Source of the DNA: a virus
Lineage: Duplodnaviria > Caudoviricetes
IMG/VR virus record: IMGVR_UViG_3300027790_000003
Coordinates: 1-54,618 of that record
Strand: one strand, 5' to 3'
DNA: 54,618 nucleotides
Shown here: positions 44,894 to 54,003 of the stretch, in pieces
How positions within the stretch are numbered: the first letter of the stretch is position 1
How the letters are laid out: each line of letters opens with the position of its first letter
Program-made: the position numbers and the translations under genes
The notes under the pieces: generated by a model
Told to the model about the DNA's origin: nothing
The model's database searches: none
Seen by the model: only the letters and a program-made list of their open reading frames with translations

Positions 44894-47800
44894 ATCAGCA
44901 CCTCGTCTTCCATGCCCCAATCGGAGCCTATCGTGCCCTCGGCAGGTATCTCGATCAACTGACCAGCGATCTCCACCTTGTTCTTGAAATACTTCTTGAT
45001 CGCGACTTTCGCCCAAGCTTCATCCTCATCTCGAGCTTGAGCTAGCAGCGAATCATGGACACATAGGATAGGCTCAAGACGCATCTCGCCGTCCTCTCTC
45101 ACGTTCTCTTCGTCGAACCATAGATTGAAGAGTGCCAGCTTGGTGAAATAGGTTGTGAAGAACTGAGGCATACTCGAGAGGGCCTCCTTCAATGTTGAGT
45201 TGTTAGCCTGCTTAACACCCTGACGCCACTCGGCCTTCCGCCCTTGGAACAATCGACGGTGCCCAACACCAGTATCGAGCCACCCTTGGTTAAGCAGGGC
45301 GTCACTCACATGGTTCTGCCACTTCTTCACGCCCTCCCAGCGGGAGAAGAACGCTTTCTGGAGTGCCTCGACATCCTTCTTCTTGAGGGTGAGAGGTGAT
45401 GCCGAAGCCAGCTCCAGAGGTAGCGTGTGGAGGGAGTGTTTGAGGACTGTCTCGGTCATAACCTTCCAGCCCATTCCATAACTAGAGTTCCCGGTAATAC
45501 TGATCTTGCCGTTATGTCTGACCATGAAGAAACCTGTCGAGGTGACAGGACAGTAAACCTTATGATCACGTTTAGCACTCTCTGAGAACTCGTAGAGAGA
45601 ATCTAAATCCGCGTAGCTTCGAGAGTTAAACTTAATCGAATGCACTGTCGACCCGTAACCACTCGTTCTTACATCATTCCAAGTGTAGCTTCGCATCACT
45701 AGTTTACTCACCGTGGCTAACCAATCCAAGTGCTCTCTGTTAACCGCAGAGACCTCAAAAGAGTTAACATCTGTCCGATGACCGTCCCAATGAGCATGTT
45801 CCGTCAAAAATAACTCCAACGATTGGACGTTCCACGTCAGTAGATACGCACCTGCCTGTTTGTAAGGGTGCCACGTTTGAGCCACATCACCTTTCGTCGC
45901 AATGGTTGTCGTGCCGTCCTTGTTAAGCGTTATCCTGTAAGGTATATTCGCCTCGCGTAGCAGTTCTTGAATTCTCAAGATCTTACGTTGTTTCTTGAAA
46001 TGCCAAACCACCTGCTTGTGACTTATCGTTCCGTCTGCTTGGAACGCGGCGATGAGTTGAACATGCTCCTTCTCTTTACCTCCAGTGTAACAGCTCGACA
46101 TCGGCAAGGAAGCACCTTTGAATCCGTGCAACTCTTCCGCAGTCTTATGTTTTGCGTTCCCATTTGTGGTGTAAGGCAGTGTATGACAAGGTGTAACGAT
46201 TTGCGATAAACTATTCCCTCTCAACCGATACATTTTCCCCTTGTGTTCGCCTTGGTAAACGTCTTCTGGCACTTCGAAAGAACTGAATCTCGTATGCAGA
46301 TCGTAGATCATGATAGGAGTCCCTATCTGATACTCATCCAACCTTACCCAACCCCCCGGCGTAAGAACCTCATGATCACCCGTCACGCACCCATGCACCG
46401 CGGCTTTACAGGCAGGGTAGAGCCACTTAGGCATCTCGCCCGCTAGCTCTTTCAAGGAGCGTTTGATCTCGTCCCTCGTCATGCCTTGCACTTTCTCGGG
46501 TCCAAGATGAACGATGAGGGACAGAATCTTGGCAGGTTTGAGACCTGCTTCAAGGTCATGTAGCATCGTGGCATCCCCTAACCTAGCACACTCCGCTGCA
46601 ACTGTCCAGTTGTCCGCACCCTCGAGGTCGAACTGATAGAGAGACCTACCAGGGTCTGCGACACAGACCCTCCGCAAATCCTTGTTCAAAGCCTGACGGT
46701 TCATCCCGGTCCCGGTCGGAGTCTTGCTCTCAGCCATTCTCCCCGTCTCCTTCACGAGAGAGATCGAAGCCCTGGCTCGTTGATCCTCGTCAAGCTTCAC
46801 ATTCAAGTCACTCGAGATCTTCCGAAGTCTGCGAATCTGTAGGCACCACAAGGCCCTCACGTCCTCCGTCTTCGCGTAGAGCTTAGCAAGAGCTTGCATA
46901 CTCGACACGACCTTCTTCCCGGGGTAATTCGTAGTCCCCTCACCCGCTACGCGCCGCACGCGGTCCTTCTCTTCTTCGAAGGAGAACTGTCCTCGATCAT
47001 TGACGAGCACCCGGGGCAATTCGCAGACAGTATAGAGAAACGTCTGGGCATCTCCGTCCTGTTGCGTAGACCCTACGTTCACCGCGACGCCTAACGCTTG
47101 ACTCAGCTTCCCGAGTAGTGCCTCGCTCACGCCATCTTTACGGATCTCCGCGATCAACTTCTTAACTTCGATCCAGTCTTCTCGCTTTGACTTGAGTATG
47201 AACTCCTCGCACTCACTCAGGCGGGCAGGCTCCGCGTCAACGAGCTTCTCCTTCGTGACTGGCATAGGCAGATAGCGAAGTCCCTCGAGCTTCTCATCGA
47301 GCACCCCACTGAGAATCTCTGCTACCTCTGGATGCTCTAGTGTTAGCTTCCCGCCGCGCACCCACCTCTTCCCGTTGTGCTTCATGGGTTGCCATCTCTC
47401 GAGGGTCACGGTGGCTTTCTTCTTCATCTTCTTCGAGCAGAAGTTCTTCTTCACAATCTCGAGAACGTCCTCGAAGTCATTCTTCTTAGTCTCACAGTTA
47501 AAGGTAATCCCGCTCTCCACATCGATTAAGCGTTGAAGCTTCGCGATCTCGTCGTTGGCTCTGTTCTGCTCGGCCTTAGCTCTTCCTACGTCGAAGAGGA
47601 TCCCTCGCAACATCATGTAGAGGACGGGGCCCGCTTGTAGATCCATGTTGAAACGATAATGTTTCTTTTGCTGTTCTGTCATCCTAGCTTGCTGCTTCTC
47701 CCAGCACTCGTAGGTAACGGCAGCATCGACACCGTTGTATTCCCAGAAAGCTTCATCATCCGCAAACTTCAAACTTCCCTTGCTCTTCTCCGGCTTGTAG

Positions 47801-48822
47801 TAAGGCTCATTTGTCAGGATCGAAGCCTGCGTGCTAAGGCCTTTCTTCATCTCAGGGTAAAGTTCCCACCAACCTAGGAGGGTGTCCTCCGTGTAGCCTT
47901 GAACGCAGATTCCGAGCCCAAACGCCAGAGCGTGGAAATCGTAAGATCCGTTTTGCGCGATCATATGAATTCGTTCATCCTCGACTACGTAACGGATATG
48001 CTCCCAAGCCACATACTCATCTTCCTCACTCCAATAGTTCGAGCCGTCATTGTGTGCAAAGGGCACGACGTAAGCCTTGTCGGCACTCTGAGAAAAGGAG
48101 ACGGCAGTGATATTGTTCATCCAACCCTCGATATCGAGAGAGCAGTAAGTCCAATTCGCGTGAATCTCCTTCAGCTTCTCCGCAACCTCTTCCCGAGTTC
48201 GAAGGACGACAACATCTCTTTTCGGCAGCACGAGTTCTCGCGTCTTGCTCTCGGCCTTAAGCTTCTCCATATCGAACTGGAAATACATCTGCTCGCTAAA
48301 GTCCCTCAGAATCGTCTTCGGATGGAACGTTGCGAGACACTTCTGCCCCGGCCTGAATGTGCTCTCGAAGAGCGTGCCTCTCCAATGGTGGATACTCAAC
48401 TTGGCAAAGCCCCACGGATCCACGTTCCCCCTCTTCATGACGTGCAAAGCTTCATTACCTAGACAGAGCACGATAGTCGGATCGAACTTCTCCAAGTCCT
48501 CTTCGAGATGAGCTAAACCACATTGAATCTCATTGTCCTCCCAATTCAAGTCCTCGAACAATCCACTCGCAGGGCGCACCCACGAAACATTACAGAGGAG
48601 GCATTGCGATCTAACGAGCCCCACTTTACCTAAACCCGATTCAAGAAGCTTCCCGGTCTCACCTATGAACAGCTTGCCATACCAATCCTCATCCTTACTC
48701 GGAAGATCCCCGACTATCGCGATCCTCGTCTCCCCGGTCGGCTCGATCATCGGCCACTCATTCGGCAATGGCCCCCCGAACTTCCTCTTCCCGCTCGAGG
48801 GGACTATCTCATCATCACTCAT
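44890..48822 (-). CDS. polA: Family A DNA polymerase with N-terminal UDG-like domain, 3'-5' exonuclease and intein
   Basis: UDG-like IVGDLP, FIG.TG, TFHP; Exo LDIE, QNGSYD, YNGVD; ETGR; motif A DLEGAD; motif B KAAVHG|SSYG; motif C VHDS. Confidence 0.93.
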   Translation of the reverse strand: MSDDEIVPSSGKRKFGGPLPNEWPMIEPTGETRIAIVGDLPSKDEDWYGKLFIGETGKLLESGLGKVGLVRSQCLLCNVSWVRPASGLFEDLNWEDNEIQCGLAHLEEDLEKFDPTIVLCLGNEALHVMKRGNVDPWGFAKLSIHHWRGTLFESTFRPGQKCLATFHPKTILRDFSEQMYFQFDMEKLKAESKTRELVLPKRDVVVLRTREEVAEKLKEIHANWTYCSLDIEGWMNNITAVSFSQSADKAYVVPFAHNDGSNYWSEEDEYVAWEHIRYVVEDERIHMIAQNGSYDFHALAFGLGICVQGYTEDTLLGWWELYPEMKKGLSTQASILTNEPYYKPEKSKGSLKFADDEAFWEYNGVDAAVTYECWEKQQARMTEQQKKHYRFNMDLQAGPVLYMMLRGILFDVGRAKAEQNRANDEIAKLQRLIDVESGITFNCETKKNDFEDVLEIVKKNFCSKKMKKKATVTLERWQPMKHNGKRWVRGGKLTLEHPEVAEILSGVLDEKLEGLRYLPMPVTKEKLVDAEPARLSECEEFILKSKREDWIEVKKLIAEIRKDGVSEALLGKLSQALGVAVNVGSTQQDGDAQTFLYTVCELPRVLVNDRGQFSFEEEKDRVRRVAGEGTTNYPGKKVVSSMQALAKLYAKTEDVRALWCLQIRRLRKISSDLNVKLDEDQRARASISLVKETGRMAESKTPTGTGMNRQALNKDLRRVCVADPGRSLYQFDLEGADNWTVAAECARLGDATMLHDLEAGLKPAKILSLIVHLGPEKVQGMTRDEIKRSLKELAGEMPKWLYPACKAAVHGCVTGDHEVLTPGGWVRLDEYQIGTPIMIYDLHTRFSSFEVPEDVYQGEHKGKMYRLRGNSLSQIVTPCHTLPYTTNGNAKHKTAEELHGFKGASLPMSSCYTGGKEKEHVQLIAAFQADGTISHKQVVWHFKKQRKILRIQELLREANIPYRITLNKDGTTTIATKGDVAQTWHPYKQAGAYLLTWNVQSLELFLTEHAHWDGHRTDVNSFEVSAVNREHLDWLATVSKLVMRSYTWNDVRTSGYGSTVHSIKFNSRSYADLDSLYEFSESAKRDHKVYCPVTSTGFFMVRHNGKISITGNSSYGMGWKVMTETVLKHSLHTLPLELASASPLTLKKKDVEALQKAFFSRWEGVKKWQNHVSDALLNQGWLDTGVGHRRLFQGRKAEWRQGVKQANNSTLKEALSSMPQFFTTYFTKLALFNLWFDEENVREDGEMRLEPILCVHDSLLAQARDEDEAWAKVAIKKYFKNKVEIAGQLIEIPAEGTIGSDWGMEDEVLI
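45487..46389 (-). mobile_element. Intein (301 aa) with LAGLIDADG-like homing endonuclease
   Basis: Starts CVTGDHEVLTPGGW; block B VTPCH; IAAFQADG and HAHWDG; ends VYCP...RHNGKISITGN with Ser at +1. Confidence 0.92.
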
Positions 48823-48848
48823 AGCTTAATCCTGTTGTCCCAAGTTCT

Positions 48849-50003
48849 TCATGTCCCAAAAGGCGGCTTGGCGCCCTTCTTAAAGTTTCCGATGTCCCGG
48901 GGGAACCGCCATTGACTATCAACGACAGCCGACGCCCCGTTGTAGTGGTCTTTAACCCTGCTCCAATCGTTGAGATACAGGTGAGGCTCTGAACCACTAA
49001 CGATGCAACCTAGATCGAGATCGAGAAACTGATTCCCGAACGCCATCACATCCGATCCACCAACGATCAACCCAGCTTGCCCGTCTACCTGGATCGGCTC
49101 ACCTAGCTTGGTGCCGAGGATGTTATTGCAAGTGATCCGGACCTTCCGACAGTTGTTGAGCACAATGCCAGCGTGAGTGTAGAGCATTGTGTTGTTGTGA
49201 ATGTTGACGTTCAAGCCGCCCGTGAGATTCATGGCACTGGAGCCACCCTCAAATTGACAATCCTCAATAGTGACTTCTTTGAGCGTGTGTCCCTGGTTCC
49301 TTCGAGCCGTGATTTGACCAAACTTTGTCTCTAGCTCAACGGCGTTGAAGTGGTCAATCATTGGAGTCTTCCGGCTTCCCACTCCTGAGAAGTGGCAGTT
49401 CGAGATTTTGAAATTCGAACAATCCCCGAGAAGTATGATTGGCGACGATGCGTTGCGAGCGAATTTGATCCCGGCGACCCCCCCTGAGATCATCTGAAAC
49501 GTGCCTTCCGATGTTCGAATATTCCCGACAACTTGCAGTTGAGCATGGCCCCGAAGCATAAGCTTTGATCCACCGTGGATGACGCCCCCACCAGCACCAA
49601 GCAGCGGCACACACTGCGGCAATTCAATCGGTTTCTCGATTCGCAGTGTGCAAGGAGGCAAGACAACAGGAATCCCGACAGCAGCAGAGCTTGCCCCCCA
49701 CGCTCGCGAATCCCCTTGGAATATCGGGTAGTTAATACCGACTTCAGGCTCCCATTCTTTGTATTGCTTCATGACCCACCACCAAGACTTATCGATTGCG
49801 GCCTGGACATACTCTGAAGCGTCAATCTTTCCTGTGGCTATCTCGATCTCTTTATCCGGTGGGAACTCGTTAGCCACATTTATAGGGTTGCCGAAGCCTC
49901 TCGGACGCGGTTGCTCGCTTGGCTTGTCTTCACTGGAGACTGGCTGAATTGATCCGGCCCACTCTTGCCCAGTTTTCTCGTCTGTTCCTTGTAGTGTTAT
50001 CAT
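48849..50003 (-). CDS. Right-handed beta-helix (pectate-lyase-like) protein
   Basis: DASEYVQAAID, VVLPP..LRIEKPIEL, ISNCHF, IEDCQF, NIHNN repeats. Confidence 0.8.
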   Translation of the reverse strand: MITLQGTDEKTGQEWAGSIQPVSSEDKPSEQPRPRGFGNPINVANEFPPDKEIEIATGKIDASEYVQAAIDKSWWWVMKQYKEWEPEVGINYPIFQGDSRAWGASSAAVGIPVVLPPCTLRIEKPIELPQCVPLLGAGGGVIHGGSKLMLRGHAQLQVVGNIRTSEGTFQMISGGVAGIKFARNASSPIILLGDCSNFKISNCHFSGVGSRKTPMIDHFNAVELETKFGQITARRNQGHTLKEVTIEDCQFEGGSSAMNLTGGLNVNIHNNTMLYTHAGIVLNNCRKVRITCNNILGTKLGEPIQVDGQAGLIVGGSDVMAFGNQFLDLDLGCIVSGSEPHLYLNDWSRVKDHYNGASAVVDSQWRFPRDIGNFKKGAKPPFGT

Positions 50004-50004
50004 C

Positions 50005-50289
50005 TTAATCGTTCGTCATGTCAGTGTTTTTAGCAACGGCAGCAACGATCTCGTTCGCACAGGTGTCGCAGACGATACGCTCTTTGTCGTCCATCCCGTG
50101 CTGGTCGACGTCCCAAAAACTAACCCAATCATGCGGGTCGGCTCCTGGAATCGTTACATTGCACGCCTTGGCACACAGGTCACAGGTAACTTTTTCGAGT
50201 TTAGTTCTCATCTCACTTTGCTCTCTATAAATGGCCTCCCTGGCCTTGTTGTTTTGTTCGATCTGTTCTGGTGTTGGGGCTTGGTTCAT
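50005..50289 (-). CDS. Zinc-finger protein
   Basis: TCDLC...VCDTC. Confidence 0.65.
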   Translation of the reverse strand: MNQAPTPEQIEQNNKAREAIYREQSEMRTKLEKVTCDLCAKACNVTIPGADPHDWVSFWDVDQHGMDDKERIVCDTCANEIVAAVAKNTDMTND

Positions 50290-50307
50290 GCACTCGCGTT
50301 AAATTGC

Positions 50308-50404
50308 TGACCAGGGCGGGAAACGAGCCCGCAATACCCTGCCGGGACTTATACACCTCAAACACGTTCGTTGAGGTAGGCGTTAGCTTCGCACTCTCCT
50401 AGCC
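50308..50404 (-). ncRNA. tRNA-like RNA or degenerate tRNA
   Basis: 7-bp acceptor GGCTAGG/CCTGGTC next to T-arm GCGGG-CTCGTTT-CCCGC, enlarged anticodon-position hairpin, variable hairpin; no CCA. Confidence 0.5.
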
Positions 50405-50415
50405 GTCCTAAAGGT

Positions 50416-50877
50416 TTAATTCCACCGATCCCCTTTCAATCTACTCAATAGCCTCACTGCCTTGTATGCCCCTCGGCGCAACCATCGCGGCTTAACGCCC
50501 TGTTCCCGCATGATGCGAAAAAAGAGCTTGTCGGCTTCGCGGCGGGTGAATTGTTGACCATCTAACAAGCGAGCCCAATACCGCGTCCAGCCAGTCACTT
50601 CAAACTTCTGAACGACAACTCGCCCCTCAACGGAATGCAACCAATCATGCACTAACGGAGCCAGCTTCCCGAATCTCCCCCGGTCTGCAATCCATCGCAA
50701 CCAGAACGGGACCGATGCGCCGTCGGACTGGAAGCCGTCAGGAATCGTAAAGCGATACCAATCTCCTTCGAACTCCCAGTAGAAGTCGTAGTCGTCATCT
50801 AACTGCCATTGCGTGCCGCCGTTGGGGACGTTGACGTTGACGAGGATGAGTTTAGGGTCTGCGTTTTCAAAAGTCAT
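50416..50877 (-). CDS. DUF1353 family protein
   Basis: IPDGFQSDGASVP, LVHDWL, TRREADKLF, YKAVR; probable start MTFEN. Confidence 0.85.
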   Translation of the reverse strand: MTFENADPKLILVNVNVPNGGTQWQLDDDYDFYWEFEGDWYRFTIPDGFQSDGASVPFWLRWIADRGRFGKLAPLVHDWLHSVEGRVVVQKFEVTGWTRYWARLLDGQQFTRREADKLFFRIMREQGVKPRWLRRGAYKAVRLLSRLKGDRWN

Positions 50878-50915
50878 GGTGCTTCTTTGAGTTTGCTTTG
50901 GCCAAGTATGTGGTG

Positions 50916-51065
50916 TCATTTTCTTCGAAGCTGTTCGCAAAGATCTAGCCAAAGAGCAATCTGCAGGCTCCACAAAGCTGTATAAGCCCATGCGTCGCTT
51001 CTTAAATAGGCTGCTAGAGCGCCCGCTAGACAGGCTAAATTAAAGACAACGTCTTTTGATTTCAT
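50916..51065 (-). CDS. Small membrane protein (49 aa)
   Basis: MKSKDVVFNLACLAGALAAYL...; below the ORF-track cutoff. Confidence 0.4.
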   Translation of the reverse strand: MKSKDVVFNLACLAGALAAYLRSDAWAYTALWSLQIALWLDLCEQLRRK

Positions 51066-51132
51066 TCAGCTTCTTTCAGGTTCTCAAGCAAATACCAAGC
51101 CCAATACTCCTCAAACGCTTTGTCTATCTCGC

Positions 51133-51291
51133 TCATCTCTTGATCTTCCGTTGAAACATTTTTCCGATACCGCAACCAAACTCCGCAAACGACCATCCAA
51201 TAATCCATAGGGAAACGAGAACAAATGTCGCACGCTTACCCGTGTTACCTTCAGAAACCCAATCCAATAAGTATATAAACGCCTCGCTCAT
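51133..51291 (-). CDS. Small membrane protein (52 aa)
   Basis: MSEAFIYLLDW...FVLVSLWIIGWSF; ATGA overlap. Confidence 0.45.
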   Translation of the reverse strand: MSEAFIYLLDWVSEGNTGKRATFVLVSLWIIGWSFAEFGCGIGKMFQRKIKR

Positions 51292-51680
51292 CCTTTTATC
51301 TCCTCAACCTGTTTGCCACAATCCGGGCAATAATTCGGCTTATCTACACAGAGCCCGTGCACGTGGGGATTCGACAGATAAGGCATCCCGTCAGGGTTCT
51401 GGTGTCTAACCCACCGACACCGCCCCGCTAGGCGGTTGTGAAGGGCGGCAACCTCTTCTTCTGGGCTTCCCGGCATAGGCCGAAAGTGAGTCACTGACAG
51501 CAGCGCAAGATTATCCTTACCCTTGCAAGGATCTGGTCTGACGCTTAACCAGACACCGTCGCCAATGCAGTAACCTTCATGCGAATCATGCTTTCGTTCT
51601 CCCTCTAATACGCCCCATACGATGTAAGGCACTAGGAGGTTTGGGCGGTTGTTTTCGTCGACTTTAATCCAGTTTTTCAC
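51288..51680 (-). CDS. DUF551-like protein with C-terminal zinc ribbon
   Basis: NWIKV...P, VTHFRPMP, NYCPDCG; GTG start at 51680. Confidence 0.65.
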   Translation of the reverse strand: MKNWIKVDENNRPNLLVPYIVWGVLEGERKHDSHEGYCIGDGVWLSVRPDPCKGKDNLALLSVTHFRPMPGSPEEEVAALHNRLAGRCRWVRHQNPDGMPYLSNPHVHGLCVDKPNYCPDCGKQVEEIKG

Positions 51681-51786
51681 CTTCCACCTTTCCTTTCCCT
51701 TTGCATTTAGGGCACTCCAGCATGAACCAAGCAACGAGCACCTCACCGCTACCCCCACACTCTCCACACTGTTTGGTTATTGCCAT
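51664..51786 (-). CDS. DnaJ-type zinc-finger miniprotein (40 aa)
   Basis: CGECGGSG...CPKCKGKG. Confidence 0.6.
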   Translation of the reverse strand: MAITKQCGECGGSGEVLVAWFMLECPKCKGKGKVEGEKLD

Positions 51787-52184
51787 CATTCAATCACCTC
51801 GAAGTAATAGGGGTGACAATTGAGCTCTAAACCAGCAAACTTTGGTGAGTCATCATCAAAGATCACTTGAAAGTTTGCCGAATCGTTATTGCTAACAATT
51901 GTCCCAATTCCTCCCTCTGTTCTGACTCTTGTCCCAATCCCGAGCTCGGGCAACCCTCGATACCTTGCTGTGCGTTTGAACTGCTCGTCAGTTCTAGCCG
52001 TCTCCCCTTGTCGAAGCTCTGAAACCTTTCGAACCCGAACATCAATGAACCTTAAGTCAGGGCAGCAATCGATCATGTCTCGCCAATATTTCTTCTTCGC
52101 CTTCCCTCGTGTAGAAGCAAAGAGCCTCGTAGAAATCTCAGGACTGTTTTTCAAGTAGGCCTCGTATTCTGCAATCATTCTCAA
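51786..52184 (-). CDS. Hypothetical phage protein
   Basis: FASTRGKAK, ANFQVIFD, NCHP motifs. Confidence 0.7.
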   Translation of the reverse strand: MRMIAEYEAYLKNSPEISTRLFASTRGKAKKKYWRDMIDCCPDLRFIDVRVRKVSELRQGETARTDEQFKRTARYRGLPELGIGTRVRTEGGIGTIVSNNDSANFQVIFDDDSPKFAGLELNCHPYYFEVIE

Positions 52185-52275
52185 TTCCTTCCTTCCAGTT
52201 TCTTCAACGTCGCAAGCGCCATGTGTGGCGATCCGTATTCAAGCATCCCGACGACTTCAACGATCGCCGCCTGAA

Positions 52276-52563
52276 TCATACGCTCATTCTCTCTGAGTGA
52301 TTCGCCTGTATCGTTCGTTGCTTTGCTCTCGCAATTTTCTTCCTAACGTCCCGACTCAGTCCGCTAGCGTCTGGTCGATTAGGCAAAGAGTAAGTCCCAG
52401 GATTCGGAGCAGGGCGAAGGACGATTTCTTTCGGCTCATCGGGTTGAATGGACTGCCCCTCCGCCATCAGCGCAGCAGCAGCAGCAGCAGCAGCGACGGA
52501 TGCCGTTTTCTGGTTTAGGTTTACTTTCACACTTCCTCCGCAGTTATTTTGACTTTCACGCAT
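52276..52563 (-). CDS. Hypothetical protein with poly-Ala tract
   Basis: ORF in the early operon; GCT/GCA repeat. Confidence 0.45.
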   Translation of the reverse strand: MRESQNNCGGSVKVNLNQKTASVAAAAAAAALMAEGQSIQPDEPKEIVLRPAPNPGTYSLPNRPDASGLSRDVRKKIARAKQRTIQANHSERMSV

Positions 52564-52622
52564 CGGTATCCCCTGCTTCTGCTAGTGTCATTCCTTTGCT
52601 CTCCTTAATGCTGCTGTTGCTG

Positions 52623-52856
52623 CTATAAGCTTCTGCTCTTACTCCTGCTCTTACTCCTGCTCCCGCTCCAGTCCCCGCTCCCTCGCCCACTCCAGATCCA
52701 GCTCCCATACCAGCCCCGGCTCCAACCCCCACTCCAGCTTCTGCTCCAGTTCCCACTCCAGCTCCGGCTCCAGCTCTTGCTCCAGCCTCCACTCCGACAC
52801 CAATTCCGGCTCTGAGAGGTGTCAATCCCCCTCCTTAATACCGCTACCGTTGTCAT
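52623..52856 (-). CDS. Ser/Arg/Trp-repeat low-complexity protein
   Basis: SRSWSRSWSG repeats; ATGA overlap with the upstream gene. Confidence 0.6.
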   Translation of the reverse strand: MTTVAVLRRGIDTSQSRNWCRSGGWSKSWSRSWSGNWSRSWSGGWSRGWYGSWIWSGRGSGDWSGSRSKSRSKSRSL

Positions 52857-53209
52857 TTTAACGGCTTTGATACTGACGGCAGAGCCTTCAACTGAACGGC
52901 ATCTACCAAAGCACCTCGCCCGACGATCACATCGGCATCGCGAGGAAACATTTCGACCTCACTAAAAGCGTCTTCACCGGACTTGTCCCACTGCTCCCCG
53001 AACCGGCCTGTGTCGGCAACCCATGCCGCATCGGTAATCACAATCTCAGTTGAGTAGACCGCCTTGATCCGTCCAACGTCAATGTGCGTGACCGTCCGCA
53101 GCATATAAGGCTTCCCGATTTCAAACGGGTGTTCGTTGCTTTGACGGGTAGCACCAAACAAGTTCGCTAGTTCTAGGGCTTCTCCAATTGTTAGTTCGTC
53201 TATTTTCAT
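52853..53209 (-). CDS. Conserved phage protein (small beta-barrel-like)
   Basis: IGKPYMLRTVT...DAAWVADTGRF; A/C-rich leader. Confidence 0.75.
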   Translation of the reverse strand: MKIDELTIGEALELANLFGATRQSNEHPFEIGKPYMLRTVTHIDVGRIKAVYSTEIVITDAAWVADTGRFGEQWDKSGEDAFSEVEMFPRDADVIVGRGALVDAVQLKALPSVSKPLK

Positions 53210-53235
53210 TTTAGTTTTCTTTCTGTTGTGTGTGT

Positions 53236-53562
53236 CTAAGCTTCGAAGTGTTTAACAATCTCGCACCACAGTTCACTTGGGCCCAGATCGCACTTAAAGG
53301 CAACGTCGTCGAACCATTCCCAGTCCTCCTCGCTCAACTTCCTCGGCACACTGACCGTTGACTGGGTGTCGGTGGGATAAGTGATTTCGGCGTAATGGGT
53401 AATGGCGGCCTGTTCCATTACTGCCCCGTTACCGGCGTTGCGGAATAGCCCCCTATTGAAAAAAGCCTTGCACCAACCCGTGCCTCTAAATTCCACCAAA
53501 ACATCGTCGCTAGTCTTCGGCCACGTCTCCGGCCTGTCTTTGTCGAATTTGACCCAGTTCAC
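53236..53562 (-). CDS. DUF551-like hypothetical protein
   Basis: NWVKF...P...ITHYAEI. Confidence 0.6.
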   Translation of the reverse strand: MNWVKFDKDRPETWPKTSDDVLVEFRGTGWCKAFFNRGLFRNAGNGAVMEQAAITHYAEITYPTDTQSTVSVPRKLSEEDWEWFDDVAFKCDLGPSELWCEIVKHFEA

Positions 53563-53765
53563 TTTGATCCCTCCCCCAGCTCCTCGATCAGTGCGTCAGC
53601 TGTATGGGCTGCCCATTCGGCTAATTGTGAATCACTTATGTTGGATGAGTCGCCACTAGACAGAATCCCCACCATCGCCTGCGCCGCGAAGTATTCGCGT
53701 TTGGTTATGCCACACCTTCCCTGCTGGTCGCCACACGGGAACGCTGGTTTGTTTGCTATGCTCAT
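53559..53765 (-). CDS. Conserved small phage protein
   Basis: PAFP...GITKREYFAAQAM...ADALI. Confidence 0.75.
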   Translation of the reverse strand: MSIANKPAFPCGDQQGRCGITKREYFAAQAMVGILSSGDSSNISDSQLAEWAAHTADALIEELGEGSK

Positions 53766-53808
53766 TGCTTTTTCTCTCCTTCTCTTGGGTCTTGGTAGCG
53801 GTGCCGCC

Positions 53809-54003
53809 TCATTTCAGGACCTCAATGACTATGAAGTCTTTCTTAGCCTCCTCTTTAATACGTGCGTTGATCTTAGGGTCAACTAGTTGGTGCGTCATAA
53901 CTGGGTGGCCTAACTTCTCCTCAATGTAGGCATGTAAGTCGCTGAAACCCCCTATCAATTTACCTGTATAGGCTGACACAATCGCTGCTTCTCGCTTTGT
54001 CAT
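53809..54003 (-). CDS. Conserved small phage protein
   Basis: MTKREAAIVSAYTG...LGHPVMTH. Confidence 0.7.
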   Translation of the reverse strand: MTKREAAIVSAYTGKLIGGFSDLHAYIEEKLGHPVMTHQLVDPKINARIKEEAKKDFIVIEVLK

